Below, piece by piece: positions 62,400 to 64,000 of a stretch of 64,000 bases of DNA. A program made the translations under genes and the position numbers. Every line of letters starts with the position of its first letter. The first letter of the stretch is position 1. Under the pieces are notes generated by a model. It saw nothing but the letters and a program-made list of their open reading frames with translations, searched no databases and was not told where the DNA came from. Origin of the DNA: Marsupella aquatica (Eukaryota > Plantae > Marchantiophyta); assembly GCA_973895155.1 (NCBI GenBank), contig OZ316891.1:31751112-31815111 (forward strand), in the 5' to 3' direction.

Positions 62400-63753
62400 C
62401 AAAATTCCTTCTCAAAGGCGGCCTTGAGGAGTGGCCAGTTCTACTGAGTGGGTACATCCAGCACCATGTATCACTTCAACGCCTTGCCTTCAATCAGTCC
62501 TTGGAACATCCACTTTGTTGTGTCATCGTCTGCTTCTTTGTTCACAGCAAGGTGGCCAAGTACTGCTCCATCCAATCATTGACATCAATCCTGCCTTTGT
62601 AAGGAATGTACTTGATTCTAGATTTCACCATTGGGACAACTGGCCTTCCACCTCCCGCCAGGGGGTTTGGGGGTGCCTGATTAGCAATAGTGGCTGCCAA
62701 GGGTTGGCAATACTGCAACGTCCTCCCAGACCTTGCAAGGTATCTCAAAGCCCGGGGGGTCTCGTTCATCCGCTACTTGCTCTTCTTTCCACCAAATACC
62801 ACACACTCCCCGGCAGTGGCGCCAAAATGTTGTTGGGGTGGAGCACAGGGAAGCAACAAACCCAAGCTAGGATTATGTATTCAGACCACTCAGTCTTCTT
62901 CCTTGATGAGTGTCGTGTTTGGTTTGAGGGGAGTAGATTACACTCTAAAACTAGTTAACTATCCTCTTTCGAGGGAACCCTTCTATAGCCCTAAGTAGGT
63001 TGTACAAGACTTTACACAAATAAACGCACTACCAATACTACTACCTACGACCCTTCCTCTATTACTATTGCATGGAAAGCCCCTCAGAGATTCAAAGGAC
63101 TTGCCCACAACTGGTCAAAAAGGGGTACCAAGGTATGGATTATTGAGCAAAGGCATGGCTATGCATTGTTCTTATTGTCATAATCTTTGGTTTGAGAGTC
63201 CTTTTTATAGGTTTCCAAACCCGATGTCCTAACATGATGGTATCTGGACCAAGAATAGGACCTTGAGTCTAGTCTAGGTTTATCTTGGATGTCCACTCAA
63301 AACACTCTGCTTCGTCCAAACCTCCACCGGGTACCTCTCTCCTAGCCTGACTACAGGGTCACGAGAAAGTACACAATGGCGAGGGCAAGATTTCTAGCAG
63401 TGTCCAAACCACCCGAGGGATAGGAAAAGGGGAGACTACCTCTTTTTCCTCAACCATCCCCAAATAGTGTGTATTCTACTAGGGCAACACACAAAGGGCG
63501 GCCTATATCCGATGGGTGATTCCATAGGACTTAGACAAGAGGTAAAGCTTGGGGGTTAAATTCCTGCTAGACTCCCACGCTTACCTTGTCATTGCAGCTC
63601 GTCATCCTTACTCCTGTCGTAGGCAAGACACATAGCCGAGAAACGTTATAGCTCATCCGGTCTTGACCCTGGTCCGGACAACCTACAATCCAGGGGAAGA
63701 TAGCCTCTTGTTGTCACTATTGTTAGTATTCAAACCTCACTTCCTCAACAACA
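62400..63753 (-). mobile_element. 5' end of a second gypsy element (Athila/Tat-type): LTR, PBS, gag start
   Basis: LTR 62828-63753 with TGTTGTTG..CAACAACA termini; PBS TGGCGCCACTGCCGGGGA at about 62807-62824 (minus strand); gag-like YKGRIDVNDWMEQY. Confidence 0.8.
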
Positions 63754-64000
63754 ACCTCCACTAGAAATTCAATGAAGACTAACTTACCAGAATGGGGAAA
63801 GAACATTAATTGCACATAAACGCGGATTTGCTTGCAAATACTGCACGCCATGTAACTGAATAATGTTCCCCCCCTCATCGCTTTGGATCAAGGGTTTAAA
63901 TACTTTACCATTGGTCCTAAGAATGGGGCAACGGTCACTGTAATTGTAACAAGCTATTCTCCTCTTCCTAACCTAGTTCTATTCGTCAATCCTTCCACCT

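Overview
Transposon-dense land-plant nuclear window, probably a moss or other RNA-editing bryophyte judging from the PLS-DYW PPR gene. It holds one intact host gene (PPR-DYW editing factor, 43.8-47.6 kb) among nested mobile elements: a P-element/THAP9-like DNA transposon (1-4144), a LINE split by a 10.3-kb Mutator-like element (5700-15990), two young Bianca-type Ty1/copia elements with 159-bp LTRs plus an older remnant, a CACTA end, nested Ty3/gypsy elements and a solo LTR. The standout is the Mutator-like element. Besides a GCM/DDE/SWIM transposase it carries a divergently transcribed spliced gene with an N-terminal ParB/Srx-like motif and a C-terminal N4C/N6A-type DNA amino-methyltransferase fold. 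Its non-coding DNA (subtermini, shared promoter, every intron I could resolve) carries 17 copies of a 15-bp palindrome TAGCGCCNGGCGCTA that I found nowhere else in the window. This is a candidate self-recognition or anti-silencing module. All family assignments come from motif recognition by eye, not database searches.
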